Shown: positions 14,115 through 26,959, counted from the whole stretch's first letter. The stretch is DNA of 63,657 nt, filler included, from Octopus bimaculoides (GCF_001194135.2; 5 parts of 5 records of this genome joined end to end with filler, not necessarily neighbours in it); one strand, 5' to 3'. Numbers and translations: made by a program. The notes: a model not told the origin generated them from the letters alone.

Positions 14115-14340
14115 GTCGCAGGAGTGACTGTGGTAAGTACCTTGCTTACTAACCACATAGTTCCGGGTTCAGTCCCACTGCATGGTATCTTGGGTGTCTT
14201 TACGTCCCCGTTACCTAGCGGTTCGGCAAATGACACCGATAGAATAAGTACTAGGCTGGGGTCGATTTGCTCGACTAAAAGGCGGTGCTTCAGCATGGCC
14301 GCAGTCAAAATGACTGAAACAAGTAAAAGAATAAAAGAGT
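14115..14340 (+). mobile_element. SINE family A, internally deleted copy
   Basis: tRNA-like head caggagtgactgtggtaag..ggttcagtccc joined directly to the tail tacgtccccg..ccagcatggccgcagtc..gaaacaagtaaaaga. Confidence 0.92.
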
Positions 14341-14788
14341 ATGTATATTTATGTGTATGTATGTATTTCTATAAATATGAGTATATACATATATATGTAC
14401 ATATTATGTATATACTCGTATGTGTATATACTTATGTGTGTATATGTATGAATATATATATACATACATATATATATATATCTACCTGTGTGTGTATGTG
14501 TGTATATAGAAACATATATATATGTGTGATGGGTGGGGGTGTCATAGAAACAGTGTTACTTTGTCTGAGCTAAGATTTTATGTCCCTATTTTACCTCCGC
14601 TTGATCGTCTTGCATTCAGGATACGTAGAAGACAAGGTCAAAGTTCGAAGCTAGTTTCTGAATAAATAGCCGAGATAAGAGAAAATATCATAGATAAAAC
14701 AAGATAACAGAATCCATTGATATCCACTCCAGGTCAATTTAGCTTTGATCGCTACAAGAAATGTTTACATTCATTTTTTCTTTTTCAG

Positions 14789-14881
14789 ATTTAAAACAAA
14801 AGGCAAACGTGCAGAGATAATGCTTTCGGTTTTTGTTGTTTTGTGTGTTTTTATGTGTTTTGGCGAGGTTTCTTTTACAAG
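14789..14881 (+). CDS. Candidate exon encoding a signal-peptide-like N-terminus (ATG at 14820)
   Basis: Strong acceptor cattttttctttttcag|, then MLSVFVVLCVFMCFGEVSFT, then AG|gtatct donor (phase 2). No homology recognised, and T-rich DNA can mimic signal peptides. Confidence 0.3.
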
Positions 14882-15421
14882 GTATCTGTGAACTATAGCG
14901 TCGTTTGTTTCCTATAGGTTTGTTTTCATTGGACTGTCAATGTAAAAAGCTTGATTTTTCTGGTGGTTATAGTATAAGGGATTGTACAACTGGGTGCAGA
15001 ACAAATATTATAAGGGCTTTTGGTCGCAATTATCATATTTAAAATATGCGTAAATATATATATAGATATGTGTGTGTGTGTGTGTGTAATTTATAGTTAA
15101 TGGGGCTACTAGTGGCACCAGCACGCTAAAAATAGCAGCCAGAACACGACTACAACCACAAAGTTTCACTGATACTCGTTAATTGAAATCAGGGGGATGA
15201 GCAGAAATTCTAAGCCCCGTACTTTGATGGTTATTTACGCATGCCACTTGATATTATTGCAAATAATAATATTTCTATATATATTTTTTATAATATATAC
15301 ATATATATATATACATACATATATANNNNNNNNNNNNNNNNNNNNNNNNNNNNNNNNNNNNNNNNNNNNNNNNNNNNNNNNNNNNNNNNNNNNATATATA
15401 TATATATATATGCATATATAC

Positions 15422-15452
<31 letters not shown>

Positions 15453-15851
15453 CATGCTTTAATATAAATAATATATAGATATATGCATATATCCATACAT
15501 ATATGTCCATACCTACATCTATATATTATGCATATATGCATATATGGGTACAGGACATCAAAAAAACGTTAAACACAATGAGAAACGAAAACAGAATGTA
15601 TGTATGTATGTATGTATGTATGTATGTACGTGTGTATATATCACCGTTTGTCGGGACCAATTAATGACAATATCCCCTTACACTGGTTAGATACATCCAG
15701 CTGGGTGTCACACCCTACAGGGTGCCGGATCTGGTGTGATGAATATCTAACTTCGGCAAGGATGAAACCTTTAACAAGCGCTGACGGGGAAAATTGTGTT
15801 CCTTGGCTTAATGCACACACCTATTGTCAGCGGTGAAAAGAAGAGGATATA

Positions 15852-15898
<47 letters not shown>

Positions 15899-16214
15899 AT
15901 GAGAGAGGGGGGGGGAGAAAGAGAGAAAGGAAATGTGTGTGTATGTTTGAGGGAATGTATGCGTGTGAAGGAATCTGTGTATGTGAGGTAATGTGTGTGA
16001 CTGTGAGGGAATGTGTGTGTGAGAGAAAGAGAGAGGGAGATGAAATGTGTGTGTTGGAGGGAATGTGTGCGTGTGAGGTAATGTGTATGTGTGTGTGCAT
16101 GTGTGCGTTGGTGATTGTAAGTGATTGGGAGTGTTATTGTGTGCGTATGTGAATGTGATAGAGTGTATGTGCGTGTGTGTGTGTGTGATTCTGTGTGCGA
16201 ATATGTGTGAGTGT

Positions 16215-16262
<48 letters not shown>

Positions 16263-16797
16263 TTGTGTGTGAGCGTAGGTGTGTAATTGTGCGTGTGAGT
16301 GTGTGAATGTGTGATTATCAGTGTGTGTGTGTGTGTTTGTGTGTATGAGAATGAATGTGTGTGAATGAACATATGTGTGAATGAGTATGTATGCGTGTTG
16401 CCTAATTGATTGTATATACAGGAGATTGAATTTAAGTGAGCGAGTGCGAATGTGTGCGAATGTATATAAGATGCGACTGTGATAGTAAATATCTCATGCC
16501 CGACGTTCTTGTTGTGTATAAGATCTTAACCGTTCGAAACAAACTGCAGGGAATTCGTACGAAATTATGAAGTAAACCATTGAATAACTCAAACCATTCC
16601 GTTGAGAATATCACAAATATGAATAAACGGTAATAGGTTAGACGTATGACATCACAAATGGTGCTCTAGCTGATGTTTTACTATCCAAATACATGAAAAT
16701 GATCGGCACTTGTACGCAAAATCTTCAAATACGAATATAAAAACCATTATAAATGTGTATGCATATTTGTGCGTGTGTGTGAGTGTTGTGTTTATGT

Positions 16798-16910
16798 GCG
16801 CAGGAGTGGCTGTGTGGTAAGGTGGTAAGTAGCTTGCCTACCAGCCACATGGTCCCGGGTTCATTCCCACTGCGTGGCACCTTGGGCAAGTATCTTCTAC
16901 TATAGCCTCT
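16798..16910 (+). mobile_element. SINE family A 5' fragment
   Basis: gcaggagtggctgtgtggtaag..ggttcattcccactgcgtggcaccttgggcaag: A and B boxes plus body. Confidence 0.93.
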
Positions 16911-17651
16911 ATAGTTTTATCTACAAACTCGACGCTCATACATATAACCGCTGCCTTCTCTCAATTTCACTCCCTCTACATCTGTCAACATGATTCACTC
17001 TCCCTCCTTTTCTCACTCNNNNNNNNNNNNNNNNNNNNNNNNNNNNNNNNNNNNNNNNNNNNNNNNNNNNNNNNNNNNNNNNNNNNNNNNNNNNNNNNNN
17101 NNNNNNNNNNNNNNNNNNNNNNNNNNNNNNNNNNNNNNNNNNNNNNNNNNNNNNNNNNNNNNNNNNNNNNNNNNNNNNNNNNNNNNNNNNNNNNNNNNNN
17201 NNNNNNNNNNNNNNNNNNNNNNNNNNNNNNNNNNNNNNNNNNNNNNNNNNNNNNNNNNNNNNNNNNNNNNNNNNNNNNNNNNNNNNNNNNNNNNNNNNNN
17301 NNNNNNNNNNNNNNNNNNNNNNNNNNNNNNNNNNNNNNNNNNNNNNNNNNNNNNNNNNNNNNNNNNNNNNNNNNNNNNNNNNNNNNNNNNNNNNNNNNNN
17401 NNNNNNNNNNNNNNNNNNNNNATATATATATATATATATATAAAAACAATACATGAGTATATGCATATATATGTACATGTATGTATATACGTTCATCTAC
17501 ATGTACATATAGATACATAACTGGGTACATGACGTGGCAAAAGAACAAGGACAAAATGGTAAACAAGGTGCAACAAACATGCATGCCACATAGAAACATC
17601 CCCTTCATCAGCTGCCACCATTAAAGCTCCATATGTATATGTATATATATA

Positions 17652-18053
17652 CTCTTTTACTCTTTTACTTGTTTCAGTCATTTGACTGCGGCCATGCTGG
17701 AGCACCGCCTTTAGTCGAACAAATCGACCCCAGCACTTATTCTTTGTAAGCCTAGTACTTATTCTATCGGTCTGTTATGCCGAACCGCTAAGTTACGAGG
17801 ACGTGAACACACCAACATCGGTTGTCAAGTGTTGGTGGGGGGATAAACACAGACACACAAACACACACACACACACACACACACATATACGACGGGCTTC
17901 TTTCAGTTTCCGTCTACGAAATCTACTCACAAGGCTTTAGTCGGCCCAAGGCTATAGTTGAAGACACTTGCCCAAGGTGCCACGCAATGGGAATGAACCT
18001 GGAACCATGCGGCTGGTAAGCTAGCTACTTACCACACAGCCACTCCTGCGCCT
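17652..18053 (-). mobile_element. SINE family A, full-length
   Basis: Complete reverse copy with tail, (CA)n middle, body and tRNA head ending cacagccactcctgcgcct. Confidence 0.96.
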
Positions 18054-18068
18054 ATATATATATATATA

Positions 18069-18168
18069 NNNNNNNNNNNNNNNNNNNNNNNNNNNNNNNN
18101 NNNNNNNNNNNNTTAATTAATTAANNNNNNNNNNNNNNNNNNNNNNNNNNNNNNNNNNNNNNNNNNNN
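18069..18168. other. Artificial scaffold spacer N44-TTAATTAATTAA-N44
   Basis: Exactly 44 N + 12-mer + 44 N = 100 bp. The palindromic 12-mer gives stops in all six frames. An identical construct occurs four times. Confidence 0.95.
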
Positions 18169-19844
18169 CACCCCTCACATACATAAAACCACACACACAC
18201 ACACACATACACAACACACATACACATATACACACATGCACACATACACATATACACACATGCACACACGCACACACACCTCTCACATACACAATACTCA
18301 CTCACATACATAACACACACGCACGCACGAAAACATACACAATATACACATACACGCACGCACAAACATATACACACACGCGCACACGGAAACACAATCG
18401 GAAACACAATCCCACACACACACATACACACACACGCACACACCCACATACACACACACACTTCACACCAACACTACAAACTCACACAGACACGCATACA
18501 ATCACACACACATGGGCAAAAACAACACACGCATATACAATAGCAAACGCACGCACACACACGTACACAGCAACGCACATACACACAACATACACACNNN
18601 NNNNNNNNNNNNNNNNNNNNNNNNNNNNNNNNNNNNNNNNNNNNNNNNNNNNNNNNNNNNNNNNNNNNNNNNNNNNNNNNNNNNNNNNNNNNNNNNNNNN
18701 NNNNNNNNNNNNNNNNNNNNNNNNNNNNNNNNNNNNNNNNNNNNNNNNNNNNNNNNNNNNNNNNNNNNNNNNNNNNNNNNNNNNNNNNNNNNNNNNNNNN
18801 NNNNNNNNNNNNNNNNNNNNNNNNNNNNNNNNNNNNNNNNNNNNNNNNNNNNNNNNNNNNNNNNNNNNNNNNNNNNNNNNNNNNNNNNNNNNNNNNNNNN
18901 NNNNNNNNNNNNNNNNNNNNNNNNNNNNNNNNNNNNNNNNNNNNNNNNNNNNNNNNNNNNNNNNNNNNNNNNNNNNNNNNNNNNNNNNNNNNNNNNNNNN
19001 NNNNNNNNNNNNNNNNNNNNNNNNNNNNNNNNNNNNNNNNNNNNNNNNNNNNNNNNNNNNNNNNNNNNNNNNNNNNNNNNNNNNNNNNNNNNNNNNNNNN
19101 NNNNNNNNNNNNNNNNNNNNNNNNNNNNNNNNNNNNNNNNNNNNNNNNNNNNNNNNNNNNNNNNNNNNNNNNNNNNNNNNNNNNNNNNNNNNNNNNNNNN
19201 NNNNNNNNNNNNNNNNNNNNNNNNNNNNNNNNNNNNNNNNNNNNNNNNNNNNNNNNNNNNNNNNNNNNNNNNNNNNNNNNNNNNNNNNNNNNNNNNNNNN
19301 NNNNNNNNNNNNNNNNNNNNNNNNNNNNNNNNNNNNNNNNNNNNNNNNNNNNNNNNNNNNNNNNNNNNNNNNNNNNNNNNNNNNNNNNNNNNNNNNNNNN
19401 NNNNNNNNNNNNNNNNNNNNNNNNNNNCTTCTTCATTTTGGATTATTAATTACCTTTTCTTTTACATAATCGAACATTCTAAACCTCCTATCCGTGTTTC
19501 ACTCTCTTACTCTTTCTACAACTCTCTCCATACACTTTTCAATTCCTTATATTTCATATTTCCTCAGTTTTCAACAATGTCTACAATCTCACTTCTTTTG
19601 GTCGTTTCATGACTTTTTCTACAAAATATACTTCCTCTACAATCCCACATTCTCACCTCATTCCATAAAACTATAGACGTTAATGGCAAACGAGTATGAT
19701 TTGGTTTCATAAAACACGCTTATTGTCTTAGGAACCTAAGTATTCGCGAGCCGATATACCACCTTGGCCCTCTTGGTCTTGACTAAGCAAAACATTGGAG
19801 ATGTGTGACAGTTGTAGAAAGAGAGCGGGCTGCACTAGCGCTTA

Positions 19845-19990
19845 GATGATACCTATTTTCATGTGAATAGACTGGAGTAACATGAAAACAAGTTAATTGC
19901 TTAAGAACACAACGTACCATCGCTTCAGGAATTTACCCCACAACCTTAAGATCGTGTTCCAAATATCCTAAACAATAAACATCGCACCTT
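19845..19990 (-). mobile_element. Degenerate third tRNA-SINE family fragment
   Basis: gatacctatttt..actggag.aacatgaaa..ttgcttaagaacacaacg..caggaattt.accccacaaccttaagatcgtg resembles the reverse of a tRNA head plus a tgagcaagaca-type core. Confidence 0.55.
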
Positions 19991-20318
19991 CACATTAATT
20001 TCATCTTCCCTCAGTTACGCTCTTCTCACATTATCTTCTAACTTACTGTTAAGAGTGCACGCACTATTTTTTTTTTCCAGCTCAATTCAGCACTTATTCT
20101 AATAGAATCGAAAGATGAAATGTAGTTAAATAAATTGAAATTGTACGGCTGTATTTATTCATTATCTTATGTTTATTTATTTATTTGTGTGTGTATATAT
20201 GTATATGCGTGTGTGTGTGTATAATATTTATATATACTTACACGCACACATATATACACACATACACACACGCATACACATATAGACACATACACACACG
20301 TACACACACGTACATACA

Positions 20319-20394
<76 letters not shown>

Positions 20395-21934
20395 TGTGTT
20401 TGCGTATATGTGTGTATGGATATAGAGATTGGAAAGAGAGATTGAGCTTTGCAAAATAGAAGTGTTTTACTTCTTCAGGAATTCTATACTATTGAGTGTT
20501 TGATAATAACTCTATTGCATTGTGAAGATGTCATGTTATCTTTGTCTGATCGGAAATTGTCGAAAATTGTAATTTGGGATTTCAAAACCAAATTACATTT
20601 CTTATTATATGCATTTATTCCTTTATATCAAAGAATACTTCAGAATAATATTGTTTTCCTTGTTTACCAAGACACAAATAAAATCTGTAGTATTATTTTT
20701 AAATAATATTCATTTCTTAAGATCTTAGTATAAATTTCGCAGCTTCCAAACCTGCCACGCATATACTCTTCTCCTATACAATACTGACTCACCTGTGATT
20801 GCTTGTTCTGTGTGATATAGCAATGGATATCCAGCTACAAGACACGACAACCAAAACGTACCCCTACCGTCTTATGCAAGGAAAGTAGAGATTAGATATT
20901 GAAGTTCTGTCTGCCTGAAACAAATAAGGAAATCTAGAAAACTTCTGATTTCTCGAACAAAATTTCACCTGGTACTACACAACAATAATATATAGTCATT
21001 TGTTTTGTTAAATCATTTCCTGTAGAGAACTTCCTTTATACCTGTTTCTGCAAGATGCTAGTTTCGATTTTTATTGTACATTATCTGTAATAAACTTATA
21101 CGTTCTTCTATCCTTCATTTGTGAGTGGATTCTCCTATACTATCGGTGGGGTGTCACTCATAACTATAGCATATCTAATTCTGCATTCTCAACCTACAAC
21201 GCACAGGAAACTCTTTCAAAAGAAAGCATAAAACTGATGCACATAAAACAACTAAACAAATGAAATATAACAGTAAAATTTATAGTCTCGACCAAATGAT
21301 AGAGCTTCTAGAGAAACAACTTTAAATATTTTCCAAATTATTCCTCGTCTGTTTATCGAATGTTAACGGGATAATGCAATAAATAATTTTGTTCAACAAG
21401 AAAATGTCTAAATAACTACGTAATTTTCATACGACAACGCTCAACATCATAGGGCTGTTCGGTCAGAACTGAAGTGGAGTTAAACAACAACAATATGTGG
21501 TGCAGTAGCTACAGTGTGGTAAAATGAAACTTTTGAATGTTTCTACGTAAAACTATGTGCAATAAGTGTAAAATTCTGTGCGAGAGAATTACAAGCCATA
21601 ACTGTCTAATTAGTGAAAAAGCAACAGAAAGACCTTTAGACATCGAAACAATATTATCAGCTATAGTAGGCAAAGACTCGTGTGTATATATATNNNNNNN
21701 NNNNNNNNNNNNNNNNNNNNNNNNNNNNNNNNNNNNNNNNNNNNNNNNNNNNNNNNNNNNNNNNNNNNNNNNNNNNTATATATATATATATATATATATC
21801 TACAATTGGAAGTTTTGAAATGCCCTTTTGTTATATTTAAACTAGCTTTAAAATATTAACTTCAGTTTTAAAAATGTACACATGTAGGACTGCGTGTGTG
21901 TGTGTGTGTGTGCGTGTGTGTGTGTGTGTTATAT

Positions 21935-22800
21935 TAACTGAGACAACAAAGCCAAAGCTGTGTGGAATTTTCAGGATATTTATAAAGAGAAAGTTAGTCT
22001 TACAACTGTTTCTGGAATATTAGGGATATATTTTAATCAGAGAACATGTGTGATGGTTAAATAAAGGGAAATATTAGAGATCAATACAAGGACTTATTTT
22101 GGAAAAGGTAGCAAATAAGGAGTATATAGGGAAATAGAAGAATGAATGTACAAATAAAAATAAAAGTGTATAAACATGTTATAGCTGCAGGTCCATTATC
22201 TAAAGTGTAGAAGTGGTAGAAATCCTTCTTGACTGCGGTATGTAAATTCCAAAAGGAGTTCATATCTTGTTATCTCAAATAGAAAGTCTGGAGACGTAGA
22301 TTCTATGTGCTTTTCATTCAAAGGGGTCTTGTGGGATGAATGAAAGTTTGAGAATGTATTGGCAGTATTAAGTGGATAGAGAGTGGAGAATAGACGTGTA
22401 TGTTAAAATGAAGAGAGTGGTCAAAGAAAAAGGTGAGAAAAGAGGGATAGAAAGAGGAAGAGAAAATGAAATCAAGAAGAGAAAGTAAAAAAGAAAGTGT
22501 AAGAAAGTGAAAAAGGAGTGTTAGGTGATGGCCAAGATATTAAGAGGGGGATGAGAGAGGAGAAGAGGAGGGGTAGGAAGAGATAAGAATGTAAGTAATG
22601 AGTATGTGTGAGGTGTAAGAGGTGGGGTGATATGTTAGAATGACATTAAGGGATGGGTACAGAAAAAGGTATAGGAGGTGTTTTTTCTCAAACTACGAAT
22701 TGGAAGGGAAGAATAGCAAGAATGGTCAAGTTTCTATAAATAGGCTTGTGTTTATTCTACTGGCTAATCTGATAGTGTAGGTAGAGGAATCAGAGAGAAA
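21935..22800 (-). mobile_element. Non-autonomous PLE-related element ending in a decayed hammerhead
   Basis: CT-rich body on the minus strand, a hammerhead-like motif near its 3' end, and termination in a (TG)n/(TA)n tract. The family assignment is from recall. Confidence 0.5.
21997..22045 (-). ncRNA. Degenerate type I hammerhead ribozyme motif
   Basis: Minus strand: tct-CTGATTAA-aatat(atcccta)atatt-cc-a-GAAAC-agtt-GTA-aga. Stems I, II and III are recognisable, but core G8 is mutated. Confidence 0.55.
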
Positions 22801-22906
22801 GAAACAAAGAAGTGCATATCAATATACGCACGCACACATGTACATATATGTGTGTGTGTGCATTATTATATAGGCCTGCGTACATGTGTGTTTAAACTCG
22901 TATGCA

Positions 22907-22947
<41 letters not shown>

Positions 22948-23941
22948 ATAATATCAGGGAATAAAAATGTATTCCAACCTTACAGGCAAAAATCGGTATA
23001 ATATTACACCGGGTGTCGTAATATATAATATATATGTATATAACTAATTTAGAGACGAAGAACCACTCTACAAGTCAGTCAACTAAGAACCCGTCCAAAT
23101 TAATGCTTTGAGGCATATACCATATCAATATTTATCTAAGATTTTAATCTAAAATTTTAAATTTTAATAATATATCATATAGATATATTACATAAAGAAA
23201 CATTCATCATAAAACTATTAATTCAAAAATAAAAATTATAAATTGGACAGTTAAACGTAATACATTAATATAAAGTATGAACGTATAAATGTATAAAAGT
23301 CAGTGCTAGTACATAGACTACGCGCGTTTTATGGCTGAAATAGGACTATATAAAATCATAAGCAAATTTTATTCAAGTTCATTAGAACGGGGAAATGATT
23401 TTACTCCCAAAATCAGTCACTCTTCAGGTCAAATCCCTAAGAAAATACCTAAAACCATTCAAGGAATAAACATAAACATGAGAAATAAAAATATATATAA
23501 TGAGACAAAATCTGTAAACTAATCCCTGCATTAACGGTATTAATATAATTATTAAGAGTTACAATTTAAAAATATTGAAAAAGAGTATTATAGTGAACAA
23601 GGTTAAAACATTATGGAAGAATTAAATAAAAGTAAAAAAATGTGTTAGTGTATAAAGTTAATAAAAGTCGGATGTCAATATTGTTTAGAAAATTAAAATT
23701 AGAAAACATCTACAGTTACTCGCCGGCAGATAAGTCATGTCATATATATATATATATATATATATATANNNNNNNNNNNNNNNNNNNNNNNNNNNNNNNN
23801 NNNNNNNNNNNNNNNNNNNNNNNNNNNNNNNNNNNNNNNNNNNNNNNNNNNNNNNNNNNNNNNNNNNNNNNNNNNNNNNNNNNNNNNNNNNNNNNNNNNN
23901 NNNNNNNNNNNNNNNNNNNNNNNNNNNNNNNNNNNNNNNNN

Positions 23942-23978
<37 letters not shown>

Positions 23979-24048
23979 CCACCCCACCCCGCCATCGCTC
24001 GACAACGGATGTTGGTATGTTTATGCCTCCGTAACTTAGCGGTTCTGC
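23942..24048 (+). mobile_element. SINE family A fragment truncated at the PLE junction
   Basis: (TG)n, then ccatcgctcgacaacggatgttgg..cgtaacttagcggttc, ending where the PLE begins. Confidence 0.88.
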
Positions 24049-25290
24049 AATAAGATCGCATATGCCTGCTCCATCATATGACTCCATGCTCACATCGAAA
24101 GCACCCTCTGTATCGGTAGTCTTGACCCACTCTGCGTTCTCGCTGAAGAGTAAAGTCTTTCTAGCATGATGGAGCAGGCATATGCGATCTTATTCGACTG
24201 TTCCTACTCGATACGTTGGGCAAGACTTTTCCTGGCGTATACTTTTACAAAGATGATACCCTAGCTTTAACCGCAAGTACCAAAGGACCAGCACAGGATC
24301 GGTTTAGGAAGGACATTATCGTTCGGTCTTAGCATAACTACAGATACCAACTTGACGGTTTTCAATTTCCTAGGTGTATCCTTAGATCTAAATAAGAATA
24401 TTTATAAACCTTATAGGAAGCCCAACGATAGACTTAGTTATATTAATGTTGGTTCCTGCTATCCTCCCATAGTGTTTAAAAATTTAGTTAAAAACATTAG
24501 CAAAAGAATTTCTAGCCTCTCTTCCGACAGGGACATTTTTTATAGCGTTGCCCCAGTAAATTATAAGGCTCTACAAGATAATGGATTTAGCAAGGAAATA
24601 ACCTATACACCTGCCACCAGTCCAGTAATAAAGAAAAGAAAACATAGAAATAGGAAAACTATCTGCCTCACACACCCTTCTCACCCGAAGTGACCATTAA
24701 TATAGGCAAGTATTTCTTAGCACTGAAAGATAGACATTTTCCAGTCAAACATAGTTACAGAAAGCTCTTCAACAGACATAACTTAAAAATCAGTTTCCGC
24801 TGAACTACTAATTTTAAAAAATATAATCGCACACAACTCACAAAAAACATAAAATGAAACCAGCTGTTCATGCAGTGATGAAAATTTGTGCCCGCTAAAT
24901 GGTGCTTGCATGTCTGAGACCATCATTCATGAAGCCACTGTGGACTCTATATCCAGTAAGGACACGGTTTTGACGACGAAATACGTGGGATTTACAGAGG
25001 ATAATTTCAAGGCCAGATTCAATAAGCACACTTTGAGCTTCAGGCACTGGGATAAAAGGAAAATGATCAAATTATCCAGTCATATATGGTCCATAAATGA
25101 TAAAGGTGTCAGTTACAACATCCAACGGTAGTGGAAAGTGCGGTCATCGTGATATGGAAAGATGGCTCACCTGGAAAAGCAGCGTAGACCCCGCCACATG
25201 TCTAAATTCAAGAAGTGAAATTTTCAGTTCATGTCCACATGACGCTAAATATTTGATACGTCTTTGGTTCCCCCGAGATCACAGATAGGA
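24049..25290 (+). mobile_element. Penelope-like retroelement, Naiad-type, 5'-truncated and 5'-inverted, frameshifted
   Basis: Inverted part (minus): HARKTLLFSENAEWVK..FDVSMESYDGAGICDL. Plus strand: DGAGICDLI..YKDDTLA (RT YxDD), NFLGVSLDL..YKPYRKPND (thumb), NIGKYFL..DRHFP..LFNRHNLKISFR*TTN, CSCSDENLCPLNGAC, IIHEATV..YVGFTEDNFKARFNKH (GIY-YIG), LSSHIW, LNSRSEIFSSCPH. Confidence 0.92.
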
Positions 25291-25376
25291 CTTGCTTTTT
25301 ATATTGTGTCCATTTACAAGCTTTTTATCTCTCTATAATTTTTACTTATATTTCTTATATATTTTATATATTTTAT

Positions 25377-25797
25377 AGGCACAGGAGTAGCTGTGTGATA
25401 AGTAGCTTGCTTACCAACCACATGGTTCCGGGTTCATTCCCACTGCATGGCACCTTGGGCAAGTGCCTTCTACTATAGTCTCGGGCCGACCAAAACCTTG
25501 TAAGTGGATTTGGTAGACGGAAACTGAAAGAAGCCCGTCGTATATATGTATATATATGTGTGTATGTGTGTGTATGTGTTTGTGTCTGTGTTTGTCCCCC
25601 CAACATCACTTGATAACCGATGCTGGTGTGTTTACGTGCCCGTAACTTAGCGGTTCGGCAAAAGAGACCCATAGAATAAGTACTAGGCTTCTAAAGAATA
25701 AGTCCTGGGGTTGATTTGCTCGACTAAAAACGCGGTGCCCCAGCATGGCCGCAGTCAAATGGCTGAAACAAGTAAAAGAGTAAAAGAGAGAGAGAGC
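25377..25797 (+). mobile_element. SINE family A, full-length
   Basis: A box tagctgtgtgataag, B box ggttcattccc, body caccttgggcaag..ggtagacggaaactgaaagaagccc, (TA/TG)n middle, tail ccagcatggccgcagtc..gaaacaagtaaaagag. Confidence 0.97.
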
Positions 25798-26959
25798 NNN
25801 NNNNNNNNNNNNNNNNNNNNNNNNNNNNNNNNNNNNNNNNNNNNNNNNNNNATATATATATATATATATATATATACATAATTAAGGGATCAGCAACAGT
25901 TGCTTCACCACATACCGAAGTTCAGAAATAGCAGCTAAAGTGCTAATAGAATAAGTACTAGGCTTCTAAAGAATAAGTCCTGGGGTTGATTTGCTCGACT
26001 AAAAACGCGGTGCCCCAGCATGGCCGCAGTCAAATGGCTGAAACAAGTAAAAGAGTAAAAGAGAGAGAGAGCATATATATTTTTTACATATTTATAGATT
26101 TTGTTTTATAGTTTTATTACTCATATATTTTTACACATATTGTGTCTGTATTTCACATTCTACCCTGCAGTTTTCCCGTGTGTGTATAGACGTATATGAA
26201 ATTTGTTGTGCACGCGTGTGGATGTGTGCGTGTGTGTGGGTATGTGCGCATATAGATGTGTGTTGTGCGCACGTGTGGAGGTGTGCGTGCATGCGAGTAT
26301 GTGCGTATATAGACGTGTATATGAACCTTTTGGAGCGTGTGTGTGTGTCAGTGTGTGTGCGTGTATGTATAAATTATTTTTGGCGAATGTGCGGGTGCGC
26401 ATGTGTGTGTTTCAAGCGAGTGTGGATGAGCATATGTGGGTGTGCGTGCGCGCTTGTGTATACATGGACATGCGCACATGCGCACATGCGCATTCACCAT
26501 GAGGATATATACACCTTTACTTTTTATTCTTTTTATTGCTTCTTTCTTAAACTTTTTTACACATTTTTCTGTATTTTGCCTTTAGCCCTGTTTTTTCTTG
26601 TGCACGCGCGTATATAGACGTGTGTATGAACCTTTTTTGTGCGTGTGTATGTGTGTGTGAGCCTGTATGCGGGTATGTATATATTTTTTGGCAAATGTGT
26701 GGTGAGCATGTGTGTGTTTCAAGTGAGGGTGGATGAGTATATACATATAGGTACATGTACGTGGGTGTGCGGGTGCGCATGTGCATGTATGGACATGCGC
26801 GCTTACGCGATTGCTATGAATTCTTTGCTCCCTTATCTTTACTCTCTCTCTCTTTACTTAGCGCTCATTCTTATAGCTCTTTTGTCTTAATAATGGTCAA
26901 TCACACAGTAATTTCCCTTTGTTTAACGGTCATTTTCATAGCATCTTTTTTGATGGCCC

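Noticed and set aside
15620-15836. ORF ending [16 protein letters not shown], reminiscent of a kringle
   Set aside because: Cys spacing and the NYCRNPD motif do not match, there are no good splice sites, and the ORF starts in a microsatellite.
25377-25450. tRNA gene calls at SINE heads (also 14115, 16798, 30478, 35225 and others)
   Set aside because: A and B boxes are present, but they run into the SINE body without a 3' acceptor stem. These are SINE heads, not tRNA genes.
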